Of a stretch of 19,985 bases of DNA, positions 1 through 9,816 are shown in pieces. The DNA is taken from the NCBI GenBank assembly GCA_033763315.1, contig JANRKS010000010.1, positions 1 to 19,985 on the forward strand, read 5' to 3'. This DNA comes from Deltaproteobacteria bacterium (GTDB lineage: Bacteria > Myxococcota_A > Polyangia > Fen-1088). Every line of letters starts with the position of its first letter. The stretch's first letter is position 1. A model generated the notes under the pieces. The model had not been told where the DNA came from. It saw only the letters and a program-made list of their open reading frames with translations, and did no database searches. The translations under genes were made by a program, and so were the position numbers.

Positions 1-537
1 CCCGACGATCCGGCTTTCTACGAGAAGTTCTATTTCACGCCGGGTGATCTCGGGTTCAAAGCCTTCGACACGCAAGCCGGCCGCATCGGCACACTGATCT
101 GTTGGGATCAGTGGTACCCCGAAGGCGCGCGCCTGACGGCCTTGCAGGGCGCGATGGTGTTGTTCTACCCCACGGCGATCGGCTGGCATCCCGGCGAAAA
201 AGCCGAATATGGCGTGCAACAACGCCAGGCATGGCAGCTGGTGCAACGCGGGCACGCGGTGGCCAACGGGGTGTATGTGGCGGCGGTCAACCGCGTGGGG
301 CATGAAGCCGGCCCTCCCGGCCAAGCGGGGCTTGAGTTTTGGGGCACATCGTTCTTGTGTGATCCGCAGGGCCAGATCATCGCGGAGGGCTCCACAGACA
401 AAGAAGAGACGTTGATCGCGGAAGTGGACCCTCAGCGCATTGAAGATGTGCGTCGCGGGTGGCCGTTTTTGCGCGATCGCCGCATCGACGCCTACGGCGA
501 CATCACAAAGCGCTTCATCGACGCCCCACAAAAATAG
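1..537 (+). CDS. aguB: N-carbamoylputrescine amidase / carbon-nitrogen hydrolase (nitrilase family), 5'-truncated by the window edge
   Basis: Frame 1 is open from base 1: PDDPAFYEKFYFTPGDLGFKAFDT..IGTLICWDQWYPEGARLTAL..LFYPTAIGW..AVNRVG..FWGTSF..WPFLRDRRIDAY. ICWDQW holds the nitrilase catalytic Cys. Stop TAG at 535-537, 2 bp before aguA. Confidence 0.93.
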   Translation, partial: PDDPAFYEKFYFTPGDLGFKAFDTQAGRIGTLICWDQWYPEGARLTALQGAMVLFYPTAIGWHPGEKAEYGVQQRQAWQLVQRGHAVANGVYVAAVNRVGHEAGPPGQAGLEFWGTSFLCDPQGQIIAEGSTDKEETLIAEVDPQRIEDVRRGWPFLRDRRIDAYGDITKRFIDAPQK

Positions 538-539
538 CC

Positions 540-1607
540 ATGGCACCGCGCACAGCAAAGCCTTTGGGCGTGATGCCCGCCGAATGGGAGCCCCACGCCG
601 CCACGTGGCTGGCCTTTCCGCACAACAAACAGGATTGGCCCGGCAAATTCGGCGGCATCCCCTGGGTGTGGGCCGAGATCATCCGCCACTTGGTGCCAGG
701 CGAAATCGTGAACTTGCTGGTCAACGACGCCGCCTCGGAAAAGAAGGTGCAGCGGATCTTGGCGGCCGCGCATGTGGATCTCGCGCGCGTGGTGTTTCAC
801 CGCTTCCCCACGGATCGCGTTTGGGCGCGGGATTTTGGCCCGATCTTCGTGCGCACAGGCGCCGGAAAAAAAACCACCACAGCGATTGCGGGCTTCAAGT
901 TCAACGCTTGGGCCAAGTACGCCAATTGGAAAAAAGACACGCGCGTCGCTGCCAAGGCGGCCAGCGCGTTGGGCGTACCCCTTCTGGATGTGGAACACAA
1001 GGGCAAGCCCGTGGTGCTTGAAGGCGGCGCCATCGATGTCAACGGGCAAGGCACCATCCTCACCACCGAAGAGTGCATGCTCGATCCCAAAGTGCAGGTG
1101 CGCAACGCAGGTTTTTCGCGCGCCGATTACGAGCAACTGTTTGCGCGCACCTTGGGCGCCACAAACACGCTGTGGTTGGGGCACGGCATTGCGGGCGACG
1201 ACACGCACGGACACGTCGATGATTTGTGCCGCTTCGTAAACGAGAGCACCGTTGTGCTGTGCCAAGAGCCCGACGGCCGCGACGCCAACCACGCGCCTTT
1301 GGCTGAAAATTGGGAGCGCCTGCAAGACGCGCGCTTGCAAGACGGCCAGCGCCTGCAGGTTGTGCCCCTGCCGATGCCGCGCCCGCTTTATTTTAAGGGC
1401 GTGCGCGTGCCCGCCAGCTACGCCAATTTCTACATCGGCAACGCAGCAGTGTTGGTGCCCACGTTCAACGATCCGCGGGATCGAACCGCAATGGGGATCC
1501 TGCAAGAGCTGTTTCCCACCCGGCAAATCATTGGGATCCACGCGGTGGATCTGGTGTGGGGCTTCGGCACGTTGCATTGCCTCAGCCAACAACAACCGCT
1601 CGCCTAA
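540..1607 (+). CDS. aguA: Agmatine deiminase (peptidyl-arginine deiminase, PAD_porph family)
   Basis: Motifs MPAEWEPH..TWLAFP, WARDFGP, LEGGAIDVNGQGTILTTEECML, GDDTHGHVDDLCRF, ASYANFYIGN and GTLHCLSQQQP (catalytic Cys). ATG 540 chosen because it directly follows the aguB stop. Confidence 0.95.
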   Translation: MAPRTAKPLGVMPAEWEPHAATWLAFPHNKQDWPGKFGGIPWVWAEIIRHLVPGEIVNLLVNDAASEKKVQRILAAAHVDLARVVFHRFPTDRVWARDFGPIFVRTGAGKKTTTAIAGFKFNAWAKYANWKKDTRVAAKAASALGVPLLDVEHKGKPVVLEGGAIDVNGQGTILTTEECMLDPKVQVRNAGFSRADYEQLFARTLGATNTLWLGHGIAGDDTHGHVDDLCRFVNESTVVLCQEPDGRDANHAPLAENWERLQDARLQDGQRLQVVPLPMPRPLYFKGVRVPASYANFYIGNAAVLVPTFNDPRDRTAMGILQELFPTRQIIGIHAVDLVWGFGTLHCLSQQQPLA

Positions 1608-1653
1608 CAATCGGCCTTGCCAAGCGCGCGTCAAGCCCGAAAAATCCTGTCGT

Positions 1654-2502
1654 ATGGCAAATGAACTCCCCCTCGCGGGCCGCGTGATTGCGCTTCCTGA
1701 AACCCGCGAATTGGATCGCTTGGTGGCGCTGCTGGAGGCCGATGGCGCCACCACACTCAGCTGCCCGTTGGTTTCAATTGTCGACGCTCCGGATGGAACA
1801 GCTGTGGACGCTTGGCTGCACACGCTGGCCACGGGCGGCTTTGACGACTTGATCTTTTTGACAGGCGAAGGCCTGCGTCGCTTGTTGGCACGGGCTGAAC
1901 GTATTGGTTTGGCAGCCGAAGTTTTGGCGGGATTGCGGCAGGCTCGTCGGATCACACGCGGCCCCAAGCCGGCGCGCGCGCTTCACGAGCTGGGGCTGGC
2001 CACCGACGTGCCCGCCTCCTCACCCACCACCCAAGGCATCATCGATACTTTGTCGCCGATGGATTTGTCCGGCCGCCGCATCGGCGTGCAGCTTTACGGC
2101 ACCGATCCGAACGAACGTTTGATGTCGTTCTTGCAGCAAGCCAAGGCCATTGCCACGCCGGTGGCGCCTTACGTTTACGCGCCCGCGTCTCACGAAGACA
2201 AGGTGGCCGGGCTTATCGAAGGCCTGGCCAGCGGCGCCGTGGACGCGATCGCGTTCACCAGCGCGTCTCAGGTGGATCGTTTGTTTGCCGTCGCAGAAAG
2301 CCGGCAATTGCTCGATGTGCTGCAGGCGGGCCTCGCGCGCTGCCAGGTGGCGTCCGTGGGCCCCATCGTCTTTGAAGCCCTAGCCGATCGAGGCGTAAAA
2401 ACCGACATCATGCCGGAGAAGAGCTTCGTCATGAAGCGCCTGACCAACGCGATGGCCGAATCGTTGGGGCGCACCACACTCGCCCAAGCGAGTGAGCCCT
2501 AG
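1654..2502 (+). CDS. hemD: Uroporphyrinogen-III synthase (HemD) domain protein, NnaR/YjjA-like subfamily, 282 aa
   Basis: [69 protein letters not shown] are HemD-fold motifs. ATG 1654 avoids overlap with aguA. Confidence 0.85.
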   Translation: MANELPLAGRVIALPETRELDRLVALLEADGATTLSCPLVSIVDAPDGTAVDAWLHTLATGGFDDLIFLTGEGLRRLLARAERIGLAAEVLAGLRQARRITRGPKPARALHELGLATDVPASSPTTQGIIDTLSPMDLSGRRIGVQLYGTDPNERLMSFLQQAKAIATPVAPYVYAPASHEDKVAGLIEGLASGAVDAIAFTSASQVDRLFAVAESRQLLDVLQAGLARCQVASVGPIVFEALADRGVKTDIMPEKSFVMKRLTNAMAESLGRTTLAQASEP

Positions 2503-4739
2503 GGGCCCGGGCGCGCCACCGACACGGCGCACGCCTTATACGCTGGCTGCCGCGAATAGGGATCGAACGCGGCAAACGTGAGCACGTTCATCTCTTCGTA
2601 GTGCATCGGCATAAACACCTGCCCCGGCTGCACGTTGTTGGTGATGAACGCGCGTGCGTCCACCATGCCCCGTTCCGAACGCACCTGCACCCATTCGCTG
2701 GGGGCGATCTTGAGCTTCTTGGCGTCAAGCGGTGAGATCTCAACGTAAAGGTCGCTGGGCGCAAGTTTGTTCAGCACCGCTGACTTCTTCGTGCGCGTTT
2801 GCGTGTGCCATTGGCTGCTGCTGCCGCGGCCTGTGAGCAGCGTAAACGGAAACCGCGCGTTGGCGGGCTCGGGCAACGCACGTGGCTCCTCGAACACAAA
2901 CTTGGCCTTGCCATCGGCGTGAAAGAAACGACCGTCCGCGAACAAACGGCGCTGCGCATCCGAGAGCGCTTCGCCTTCTTTAAGTGGCCACTGCACTCCG
3001 CCTTCGCGGTCCACCATCGTGTGATCTTCGATGCCGCTGATGTCACATGGGCGCCCTTTGGACAGCCGCTTGAGGATCTGGAACGCCGCCGCTGGGCTGG
3101 TCCATTCCTTGAACATCTCGCCGCAGCCCCAGGCTTCTGCCACCAAGCGGAAGATGTGGAAATCAGCCAAGGCCTGCCCTGGGGCGCGGGCCACGCGCTT
3201 CATGATGCCGAACCGGCGTTCGGAATTGATGAATGTGCCTTCCTTTTCACCCCACGCCGCCGCCGGCAACAGCAACGACGCGAACGCCGCCGTTTCCGTT
3301 GTGCTGTACATGTCCTGCACCACCAAGTAATCGAGGCGGCTCAGAATGTCTTTGGCGAAGCCTTGGTTGATCCACGAGTGCGCGGGGTTCGTGGCGATCA
3401 CCCACAGTCCCTTGATGTCACCACGCAAGATGCCTTCGAAGATCTGATCGTAGGCCCAGCTGCCCTGTGTGGGGATCGTGGCTGCATCGATGCCCAGGAT
3501 CTGGGCCACGTCGTTGCGATCTGATTCACTTGTGAAGTCACGGCCGCCCAACAAGTTTGTGGTGTTGGAATAAAGCCGCGAGCCCATGGCGTTGCATTGG
3601 CCCGTGATCGAATTGGCGCCCGTGCCTGGGCGTCCGATGTTGCCCGTCATCAGTGCCAAGTTGATCAGCGCCTGGGCTGTGCGCACGCCTTGATGGCTTT
3701 GGTTTACGCCCATCGTCCACCAGAATGAAACGCGCTTGCCCGCGGCGATCAAATCCGCGAATTCGGTGATCTGTTCTGCCGTCAGCCCCGTTTCTTTGGT
3801 GGCGCGTTCGAGCGTGAACGCCTGCACGTGCGCTTCAAACTCCGCAAACCCCGTGGTGTGCGCGGCCACAAACTCACGTTTGATTTGGCCACGTTCAACC
3901 AGCAACCGCGCCACCGCATAGAACAACGTCAGATCCGACTTTGGCAGGGGCGCGTAGTGATGGGTGGAAGCCATCGCCGTTTCGGTGCGGCGCGGATCCA
4001 CAACAACGATGGCGGGCTTGTGCTTGTTGCGCACGATGCGCTCCCACATGATCGGGTGCGCAATACACAAATTAGAGCCCACCAACACGATCACGTCCGA
4101 CTCTTCAAAGTCTTGATACGTATACGGCGGTGCATCGAAACCAAACGCTTGTTTGTAAGCCACCACGGCCGTGGCCATGCACTGGCGGGTGTTGCCATCA
4201 CCATGCACCATGCCCATGCCGAACTTGGCCACCGATCCCAACAGTGCCATTTCTTCGGTGGCGATTTGTCCGGTGGAGATGAACGCCAACGCCTGCGGCC
4301 CGTGCTTCTCCGCAATGGCTTTGAAGTTGCCCACCATGTGGGCCATCGCCTCTTCCCACGACACGGGCACCAACTTGCCCTTCTGTCGCACCATCGGTGT
4401 GGTGGCACGATCGCTCGCGCGCAACGGCGTCAGCGCTTCCCACCCCTTGGGACACGCCATGCCCAGGTTCACGGGGTAATGCGTGTTTGGCGACAGGTTC
4501 ACGGCTTCGCCGTTTTTGATGTGCACGGTAAGGCTGCAGCCCGTCGAACAAAAACCACACGTCATATTGGTGGTTTGATCGGGTTTGAGGCGCGCCGGCA
4601 CTTTGCCCAAGCCAAACGAGGCCGGCTCCAACAGCAAATCACGCGTGAGCGCGCCGCTCTTGTTCACCAGCAAGTCTTCAGCTTTGTGCCGCCACGACGC
4701 ATCCGTTGGGGCGCCCGCGGGGTCGGACTTTTCAGCCAT
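2499..4739 (-). CDS. nasA: Molybdopterin nitrate reductase catalytic subunit (assimilatory NasA/NarB type), 746 aa
   Basis: N-terminal [12 protein letters not shown] [4Fe-4S] motif, [76 protein letters not shown]. Lies in an operon with nirBD. No twin-arginine signal seen. Confidence 0.9.
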   Translation of the reverse strand: MAEKSDPAGAPTDASWRHKAEDLLVNKSGALTRDLLLEPASFGLGKVPARLKPDQTTNMTCGFCSTGCSLTVHIKNGEAVNLSPNTHYPVNLGMACPKGWEALTPLRASDRATTPMVRQKGKLVPVSWEEAMAHMVGNFKAIAEKHGPQALAFISTGQIATEEMALLGSVAKFGMGMVHGDGNTRQCMATAVVAYKQAFGFDAPPYTYQDFEESDVIVLVGSNLCIAHPIMWERIVRNKHKPAIVVVDPRRTETAMASTHHYAPLPKSDLTLFYAVARLLVERGQIKREFVAAHTTGFAEFEAHVQAFTLERATKETGLTAEQITEFADLIAAGKRVSFWWTMGVNQSHQGVRTAQALINLALMTGNIGRPGTGANSITGQCNAMGSRLYSNTTNLLGGRDFTSESDRNDVAQILGIDAATIPTQGSWAYDQIFEGILRGDIKGLWVIATNPAHSWINQGFAKDILSRLDYLVVQDMYSTTETAAFASLLLPAAAWGEKEGTFINSERRFGIMKRVARAPGQALADFHIFRLVAEAWGCGEMFKEWTSPAAAFQILKRLSKGRPCDISGIEDHTMVDREGGVQWPLKEGEALSDAQRRLFADGRFFHADGKAKFVFEEPRALPEPANARFPFTLLTGRGSSSQWHTQTRTKKSAVLNKLAPSDLYVEISPLDAKKLKIAPSEWVQVRSERGMVDARAFITNNVQPGQVFMPMHYEEMNVLTFAAFDPYSRQPAYKACAVSVARPGP

Positions 4740-6472
4740 TACTGCAAGCCTCCGGGCATCCTTGACCCCGGTGCCGCGCGAAAGAACAAATAGCGTTCGG
4801 TCAATTCACCCACCATCAGCAAGCCCAGCGACAGCACCGCACCCACCACCGCGACCGAGGCGTTCGGAACGCTGCCTTGTTTCGCGCTTAACGCTAGCAG
4901 CGGCAAACCAACCCCGCCTGCCAGGCCCGCGGCAAAACGCAGGAAACTGAACTTGGCCAGTTCGCCCGACATCAGCAGCGCCATTCGTCGCAGCACCGAA
5001 TGATGGCGAGCGTTGCGATGCCGGAACACACCTGCCTCGAACAACATCTTCATCACCGACAAGCCAACCACCGACATCAACAGCGCTTTGATCACCGCCG
5101 GGGCGCCCCCCGTGGCGGTGGCCACAGCGGCCACGGCGGCGGCGCCCAAGATCAAGGTGGTGCAAATGAACTTCATGCCGGTGATGGCGCCGCTCCAATG
5201 GGCGCGCTTGGTGGCCGCATAAACCATCACCGAACAAAACACGCCCAAGGCGCCGGCGCCTGCCGCGCCATAGCGAATGAGGGGAGCCGCCCTCAACAAC
5301 ACGTCTTTGCCCGGCACAGCGGGCCACAGATGCGGCACCAAGCACACGGCATACAGCAACCCCAAACCAGCAAACGCACCGAACGCCAAGATTTCACGGC
5401 TCAACCACGACGTGCGCAGACCCAAGAACGCCTTCCACGCGTGTTGTGGCCGCCCCAAGTGAAACACGCTGGCCGCGATCGCCACAAAGCCCAGCCCCAG
5501 CGACAACGCCGCTTGCGCCAAGGCGCCACCGGCCAACTTGCCTGCCCAGGTATCCACCAACGTGGCCACCGCGAACGCGCCCGCCGCCAATTGCGTGAGC
5601 GTCAGCATCACCACCAACGGCGGGTGCGAATGTTCGGGGTGCGCGCTGTAAAAATCCGCCGGCAACATGTTCCCCGGCAGACCACGCTTGGTCTTGTAGA
5701 CCGTGGTGGGCATCGTTTGATCGGGGGCCGGCGCGCCAGGCAAGAACGTGCCGGCTTCACCTCGTTGCACTGATTCGGACACATCCACAACCGCGATTTT
5801 GATTGCGCCGTTGGGGCAAGCCTGGACGCACGCAGGCGCTTCACCCACCGACAATCGATCGCTGCACATATCGCACTTGCGCACGATGCCCAGCTTCGCG
5901 TTGTACTTGGGCGCATCATACGGGCACATCAGCGAGCAGTACTGGCAACCGATGCACTGGTCGTCCAGATGCTTGACGATCCCTGTGACAGGATCTTTTT
6001 CGTAAGCTTTCACAGGGCAGCCCAACATGCACGCGGGCTCCACGCAGTGATGGCAGGACGTGGTCACGGTTTGTTGCGCTGGCTCCTTGGCCGTGCCGCC
6101 GTGAAGCAAGCCCACCGTGCGCCACGCTTCGTTGTCATCAAGGCCGTTCAAGCTGTGGCAAGCGGACACGCACGCCTTGCAGCCCGTGCATACGTCCATG
6201 TCCACCTCAAACGCGTATTGTTGCCCGGGCTCTGGTTTCGCCAGTGGCAGCAAGTCACGATAATATCGCGCTTGGGCGGGCACACCGCCGTTATCGTGCA
6301 GACGCGCAAATGCGGTGACCGCCGTCAACGTTTGCTGTTCGGCCAGCAGCCCATCCAACAACGTCAGCCGCGGCGCTTTCGCTTTGCCACCACCAAGCAC
6401 TTTGAGCGAAGCGGATCGAATGGCGGGCGCAGCCCCCGCGGACTCTTTGCCCAGCGTGGCGGCGTCGCTCAT
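4739..6472 (-). CDS. Fusion of DmsB/NrfC-like 4x[4Fe-4S] electron-transfer domain and DmsC/YnfH-family membrane anchor (~577 aa)
   Basis: Four cluster motifs: [49 protein letters not shown]. These are followed by several hydrophobic helices with DmsC signatures ([46 protein letters not shown]). ATG 6472 overlaps the nirD stop (ATGA) and its TAA overlaps the nasA ATG (TAATG). Confidence 0.88.
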   Translation of the reverse strand: MSDAATLGKESAGAAPAIRSASLKVLGGGKAKAPRLTLLDGLLAEQQTLTAVTAFARLHDNGGVPAQARYYRDLLPLAKPEPGQQYAFEVDMDVCTGCKACVSACHSLNGLDDNEAWRTVGLLHGGTAKEPAQQTVTTSCHHCVEPACMLGCPVKAYEKDPVTGIVKHLDDQCIGCQYCSLMCPYDAPKYNAKLGIVRKCDMCSDRLSVGEAPACVQACPNGAIKIAVVDVSESVQRGEAGTFLPGAPAPDQTMPTTVYKTKRGLPGNMLPADFYSAHPEHSHPPLVVMLTLTQLAAGAFAVATLVDTWAGKLAGGALAQAALSLGLGFVAIAASVFHLGRPQHAWKAFLGLRTSWLSREILAFGAFAGLGLLYAVCLVPHLWPAVPGKDVLLRAAPLIRYGAAGAGALGVFCSVMVYAATKRAHWSGAITGMKFICTTLILGAAAVAAVATATGGAPAVIKALLMSVVGLSVMKMLFEAGVFRHRNARHHSVLRRMALLMSGELAKFSFLRFAAGLAGGVGLPLLALSAKQGSVPNASVAVVGAVLSLGLLMVGELTERYLFFRAAPGSRMPGGLQ

Positions 6473-6825
6473 TCGGCGTCCGCGCGGGGCGAAGACAGTT
6501 CGCCCGCCAATACCTCCACGCGACCCTCGTTCACACGAACCGAATACGTGGGCAAGACCACCGCCGGGTCGTCCAAACACACGCCTGTGCGCAGATCGAA
6601 AGATTGCTTGTAAATCGGTGACGCCACTTTGGTCACCCCGGCCCTATCGCCCACGATCCCGCGCGCGATGACGAAGGCCTTACTGAAGGGATCGAAGTTA
6701 GACAGACCAAAGAATTCGTCGCCTTTGGGCGATCTCACAATGGCCACTTGTTCCCCCTGCACCAAAGCGGCCACGCCCGTGCCTGGAACCACATCACTGA
6801 CTGAACAAACCGAAACCCAATGCAT
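6469..6825 (-). CDS. nirD: Nitrite reductase (NADH) small subunit, Rieske-like
   Basis: WVSVCSVSDVVPGTGVAALV..QVAIVR..LSNFDPFSKAFVIARGIVGD..VASPIYKQSFDLRTGVCLDD. GGGAG SD-like motif upstream; directly downstream of nirB. Confidence 0.95.
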   Translation of the reverse strand: MHWVSVCSVSDVVPGTGVAALVQGEQVAIVRSPKGDEFFGLSNFDPFSKAFVIARGIVGDRAGVTKVASPIYKQSFDLRTGVCLDDPAVVLPTYSVRVNEGRVEVLAGELSSPRADAE

Positions 6826-6860
6826 ATCGCGTGTTCTCCCAAGCTTCGTGACGTTTGTGA

Positions 6861-9428
6861 TTAGCCGGCCGAGGCGCGCTTACGCAGCGGCACAAGGCGC
6901 TCTTTCTCGTCCCAGAAAGCGGGGCGGTGTTGCTCGCGCTCTTTGACAAACATGATACTCGGATCGGGCGCATCAGAGTTGACGAACGAGCGGAACATCT
7001 TGCGCTTTTGCGGATCTTCCACCGCTGTTTTCCATTCGCACTGGTACGTGTCCACCAAGTGCTGCATCTCGGCTTCAAGTTCTGCGGCCAAGCCCAGCGA
7101 ATCCTCCACGATCACTTGCTTTAAGTACTTCATGCCGCCCTCCAGGTTGTTAAACCAGGTGGCTGTGCGCTGCAGACGATCGGCGGTGCGCACATAGAAC
7201 ATCAGAAAGCGGTCCACGTACTTAATCAGAGTGTCCTCGTCCAAATCGGAGGCCAAAAGCTGTGCGTGTTGAGGCTTCATGCCACCGTTGCCACACACGT
7301 AAAGGTTATAGCCCTTCTCCGTGGCGATGATGCCGAAGTCCTTGCTCTGGGCTTCCGCACACTCGCGCGCACAGCCCGAAACCGCGGACTTGAGCTTGTG
7401 CGGGCTGCGCAAGCCCTTGTACCGGTTCTCTATGCGAATGGCCAAGCCCACTGAATCTTGCACGCCGTAACGGCACCATGTGCTGCCCACGCAGGATTTC
7501 ACGGTGCGCAGAGCCTTGCCATACGCGTGGCCCGACTCGAACCCCGCGGCAATCAGCTTCTCCCAGATGCCCGGCAACTCTTCCACACGCGCGCCGAACA
7601 AATCCACGCGTTGGCCACCCGTGATCTTGCAGTAAAGGTTGTATTCCTCGGCCACCTGGCCAAGTGCGATCAGCTGCTTCGGCGTGATCTCGCCGCCGGC
7701 CACACGTGGCACCACAGAGTACGTGCCATCGCGTTGCACATTGGCCAAAAAGCGATCGTTCGAGTCCTGCAGACCCACGTGGCTCGATTCAAGGATGTGT
7801 TCGTTCCACGTAGAAGCCAAGATGCTGGCCACGGCGGGTTTGCAGATCTCGCAACCCAGCCCCTGCCCGTGCGCCGCGATCAATGCGTCGAAGCTTTTGA
7901 GCTTGTTCACCTTCACTAAGTGAAACAACTCTTGGCGCGTGAACTTGAAGTGCTCGCAGATCCGGTTGTCCATGACGACGCCGGTTTTCGCCAGCTCAGC
8001 CTTGAGCAAGGGCGCAAGCAGTGTGACGCAAGAGCCGCAGCCTGTGCCGGCCTTTGTGCAGCCTTTCACGTCAGAAACGGTGGATAAGCCTTGCGTCGTA
8101 ATGGCACCGCAAATTGCGCCTTTGGTCACGTTGTGGCACGAACAAATGATCGCCCCTTCGGGCAGGTGCTCTGGCCCCATGCCCGCGGGGGCCTCACCCG
8201 AACGGGCTGGCAAGATCAGTTCTTCAGCGGCGCCTGGCAACGCCACCTGGGCCTGCACCAGCGCCAACAATTGGCTGTAGCTGCTGGCATCGCCGATCAA
8301 CATGCCGCCCAAGAGAAACTTACGGTCCTCGCTCAACACCAGCTTCTTGTAGATGCTGGCCACCGAATCGTAAAACGAGATCACGTGGGCGCCCGGCGTC
8401 TTGGCAAACGCGTCGCCGAAGCTGCCCACGTCCACGCCCATCAGCTTAAGCTTGGTGCTCATGTCGAACCCCAAGAAGCGATCCTTCTCGCTGGCCTGTT
8501 CCAAGATCTGCAGCGCCGCCACTTCGGCCATCTTGTAGCCGGGGGCCACCAAACCGAAGATGCGGCCATCGTAAAGCGCGCACTCGCCCACGGCGTAAAT
8601 GTTGGGATCGCTGGTTTGGCAGGTCTCGGTGACGACGATGCCACCCCGCGGGCCCACGCTGAGGCCAGCGTCGCGCGCCAACTCGTCGCGGGGACGGATG
8701 CCGGCCGAAAACACGATCATATCGGTTTCAAGCGAACTGCCATCGACGAAGTGCATGCGGCACACGGCGCCCGCTTCGTTGCGTTCGATGCGGCTTGTGT
8801 TCTTGTTGGTGTGCACCTTTACGCCCAACGATTCGATCTTTTGCCGCAACAGCGCGCCGCCGACATCATCCACCTGCAGCGTCATCAAGCGCGGCGCAAA
8901 CTCCACAACGTGGGTTTGCAGGCCCATGTTCATCACGGCGTTGGCGGCTTCAAGCCCCAACAAACCACCACCGATCACCACGCCGGTTTTGGACGTCTGG
9001 CTGTAGGCTGACAGCGCCTCAAGGTCGTCGATCGTGCGGTAAACAAAGCAACCAGGGCCGTCTTTGCCTTCGATCGGCGGCACGAAGGGGAAAGATCCCG
9101 TCGCGAGCACCAACACGTCGTAAGGCACGCGCTCGCCAGTCGAGGAAAGCACTTCCTTGGCTTCGCGATCGATCTTAACGGCCTTCTCTCCGCACCGAAC
9201 GTTCACACGGTGGCGTTCGTAAAAGCCTGGCGCCACAAGCGAAAGATCTTCCGCTGTCTTGCCGTCAAAGAACTTCGACAGATTCACGCGGTCGTAAGCC
9301 ACGCGCGATTCTTCGCAAAAAGTGGTGATCTGATAGGTCTCGTTGGCCCCGCGGTTCACAAGCACATCGATCAGCTTGTGCCCCACCATGCCGTTGCCCA
9401 CGACCACCAGATTTCGCAAATTCTGCAT
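6861..9428 (-). CDS. nirB: Nitrite reductase (NADH) large subunit, siroheme/FAD, 855 aa
   Basis: FAD and NADH sites (VVVGNGMVG, YDRVNLS, VIGGGLLGLEAA), BFD-like CSCHNV..AGTGCGSC, CEH..GCEICKP, siroheme-[4Fe-4S] motifs KSCVGSTWCRYG and SGCARECAEA. Confidence 0.97.
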   Translation of the reverse strand: MQNLRNLVVVGNGMVGHKLIDVLVNRGANETYQITTFCEESRVAYDRVNLSKFFDGKTAEDLSLVAPGFYERHRVNVRCGEKAVKIDREAKEVLSSTGERVPYDVLVLATGSFPFVPPIEGKDGPGCFVYRTIDDLEALSAYSQTSKTGVVIGGGLLGLEAANAVMNMGLQTHVVEFAPRLMTLQVDDVGGALLRQKIESLGVKVHTNKNTSRIERNEAGAVCRMHFVDGSSLETDMIVFSAGIRPRDELARDAGLSVGPRGGIVVTETCQTSDPNIYAVGECALYDGRIFGLVAPGYKMAEVAALQILEQASEKDRFLGFDMSTKLKLMGVDVGSFGDAFAKTPGAHVISFYDSVASIYKKLVLSEDRKFLLGGMLIGDASSYSQLLALVQAQVALPGAAEELILPARSGEAPAGMGPEHLPEGAIICSCHNVTKGAICGAITTQGLSTVSDVKGCTKAGTGCGSCVTLLAPLLKAELAKTGVVMDNRICEHFKFTRQELFHLVKVNKLKSFDALIAAHGQGLGCEICKPAVASILASTWNEHILESSHVGLQDSNDRFLANVQRDGTYSVVPRVAGGEITPKQLIALGQVAEEYNLYCKITGGQRVDLFGARVEELPGIWEKLIAAGFESGHAYGKALRTVKSCVGSTWCRYGVQDSVGLAIRIENRYKGLRSPHKLKSAVSGCARECAEAQSKDFGIIATEKGYNLYVCGNGGMKPQHAQLLASDLDEDTLIKYVDRFLMFYVRTADRLQRTATWFNNLEGGMKYLKQVIVEDSLGLAAELEAEMQHLVDTYQCEWKTAVEDPQKRKMFRSFVNSDAPDPSIMFVKEREQHRPAFWDEKERLVPLRKRASAG

Positions 9429-9451
9429 ACGTCTAGTGGTACCGCTTTGCC

Positions 9452-9578
9452 GTTTCGCGGGCGTAAACAGACCGTTAAATACGAGTATAAATGCGCCGTT
9501 ACTGGACTCGTAAACTGCATTGTTTCACCCGGGTTTCGGCGTGCGTAACCAAGTTGTTTCACGCGAAGGCGGCGTAAC
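9452..9578. promoter_or_regulatory. Phased array of GT(A/T)(A/T)(A/C) pentamers upstream of nirB; candidate GlnR/OmpR-type operator
   Basis: On the + strand, GTWWM starts at 9452, 9463, 9474, 9485, 9498, 9510, 9522, 9533, 9545 and 9556 (spacing 11-13 bp), plus an off-phase copy at 9574. On the nirB strand several read GAAAC, GTTAC or GTAAC. A TATACT -10-like hexamer sits on the - strand at 9484-9489. Confidence 0.55.
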
Positions 9579-9816
9579 TGTGGGGGGACTGGGATATGTC
9601 CTTGTGTCACAGGACGGCAGCTTGACCCTCGCTGGGGAGCCGACGTCTCAACGGGGTTACAGGATTGTTGATTGGGTTAGCCACGGCGGCGACAGCAACC
9701 TATTGGAAACCCCTTCATTTGGCCAAAACATGCGTGGGCCGCATAAATTTTGATAGACCCCGACTTTGACGGTGTGATAAGCGCGAGTCTCTATTGCTCA
9801 GCACTTGAGGTCTCTT

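Noticed and set aside
866-873. A8 homopolymer in aguA as a possible slippage or phase-variation site
   Set aside because: The reading frame is intact (GKKTTT loop) and there is no evidence of frameshifting.
1252-1653. N-terminal extension of hemD in the ORF track (416-aa version)
   Set aside because: Overlaps aguA in another frame; the HemD fold starts at ATG 1654.
492-1967. 491-aa ORF on the - strand
   Set aside because: Antisense shadow of aguA and hemD, typical of GC-rich DNA; no recognisable motifs.
6473-6580. Upstream extension of the FeS/DmsC fusion (613-aa version)
   Set aside because: Overlaps nirD; ATG 6472 gives a standard ATGA coupling.
2799-9011. Long + strand ORFs (2799-3524, 3828-4793, 5000-5773, 5969-6613, 8091-9011)
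   Set aside because: Antisense shadows of well-supported nas/nir genes, with no protein motifs.
9452-9578. The phased short repeats as a possible CRISPR array or iterons
   Set aside because: The units are only 5 bp with an 11-13 bp period; there are no 23-47 bp repeats with spacers, and no cas or rep gene.
9766-9797. Possible sigma70 promoter (TTGACG ... TATTGC) for the RHS operon
   Set aside because: The 20-bp spacing and weak -10 are not enough to support a call.
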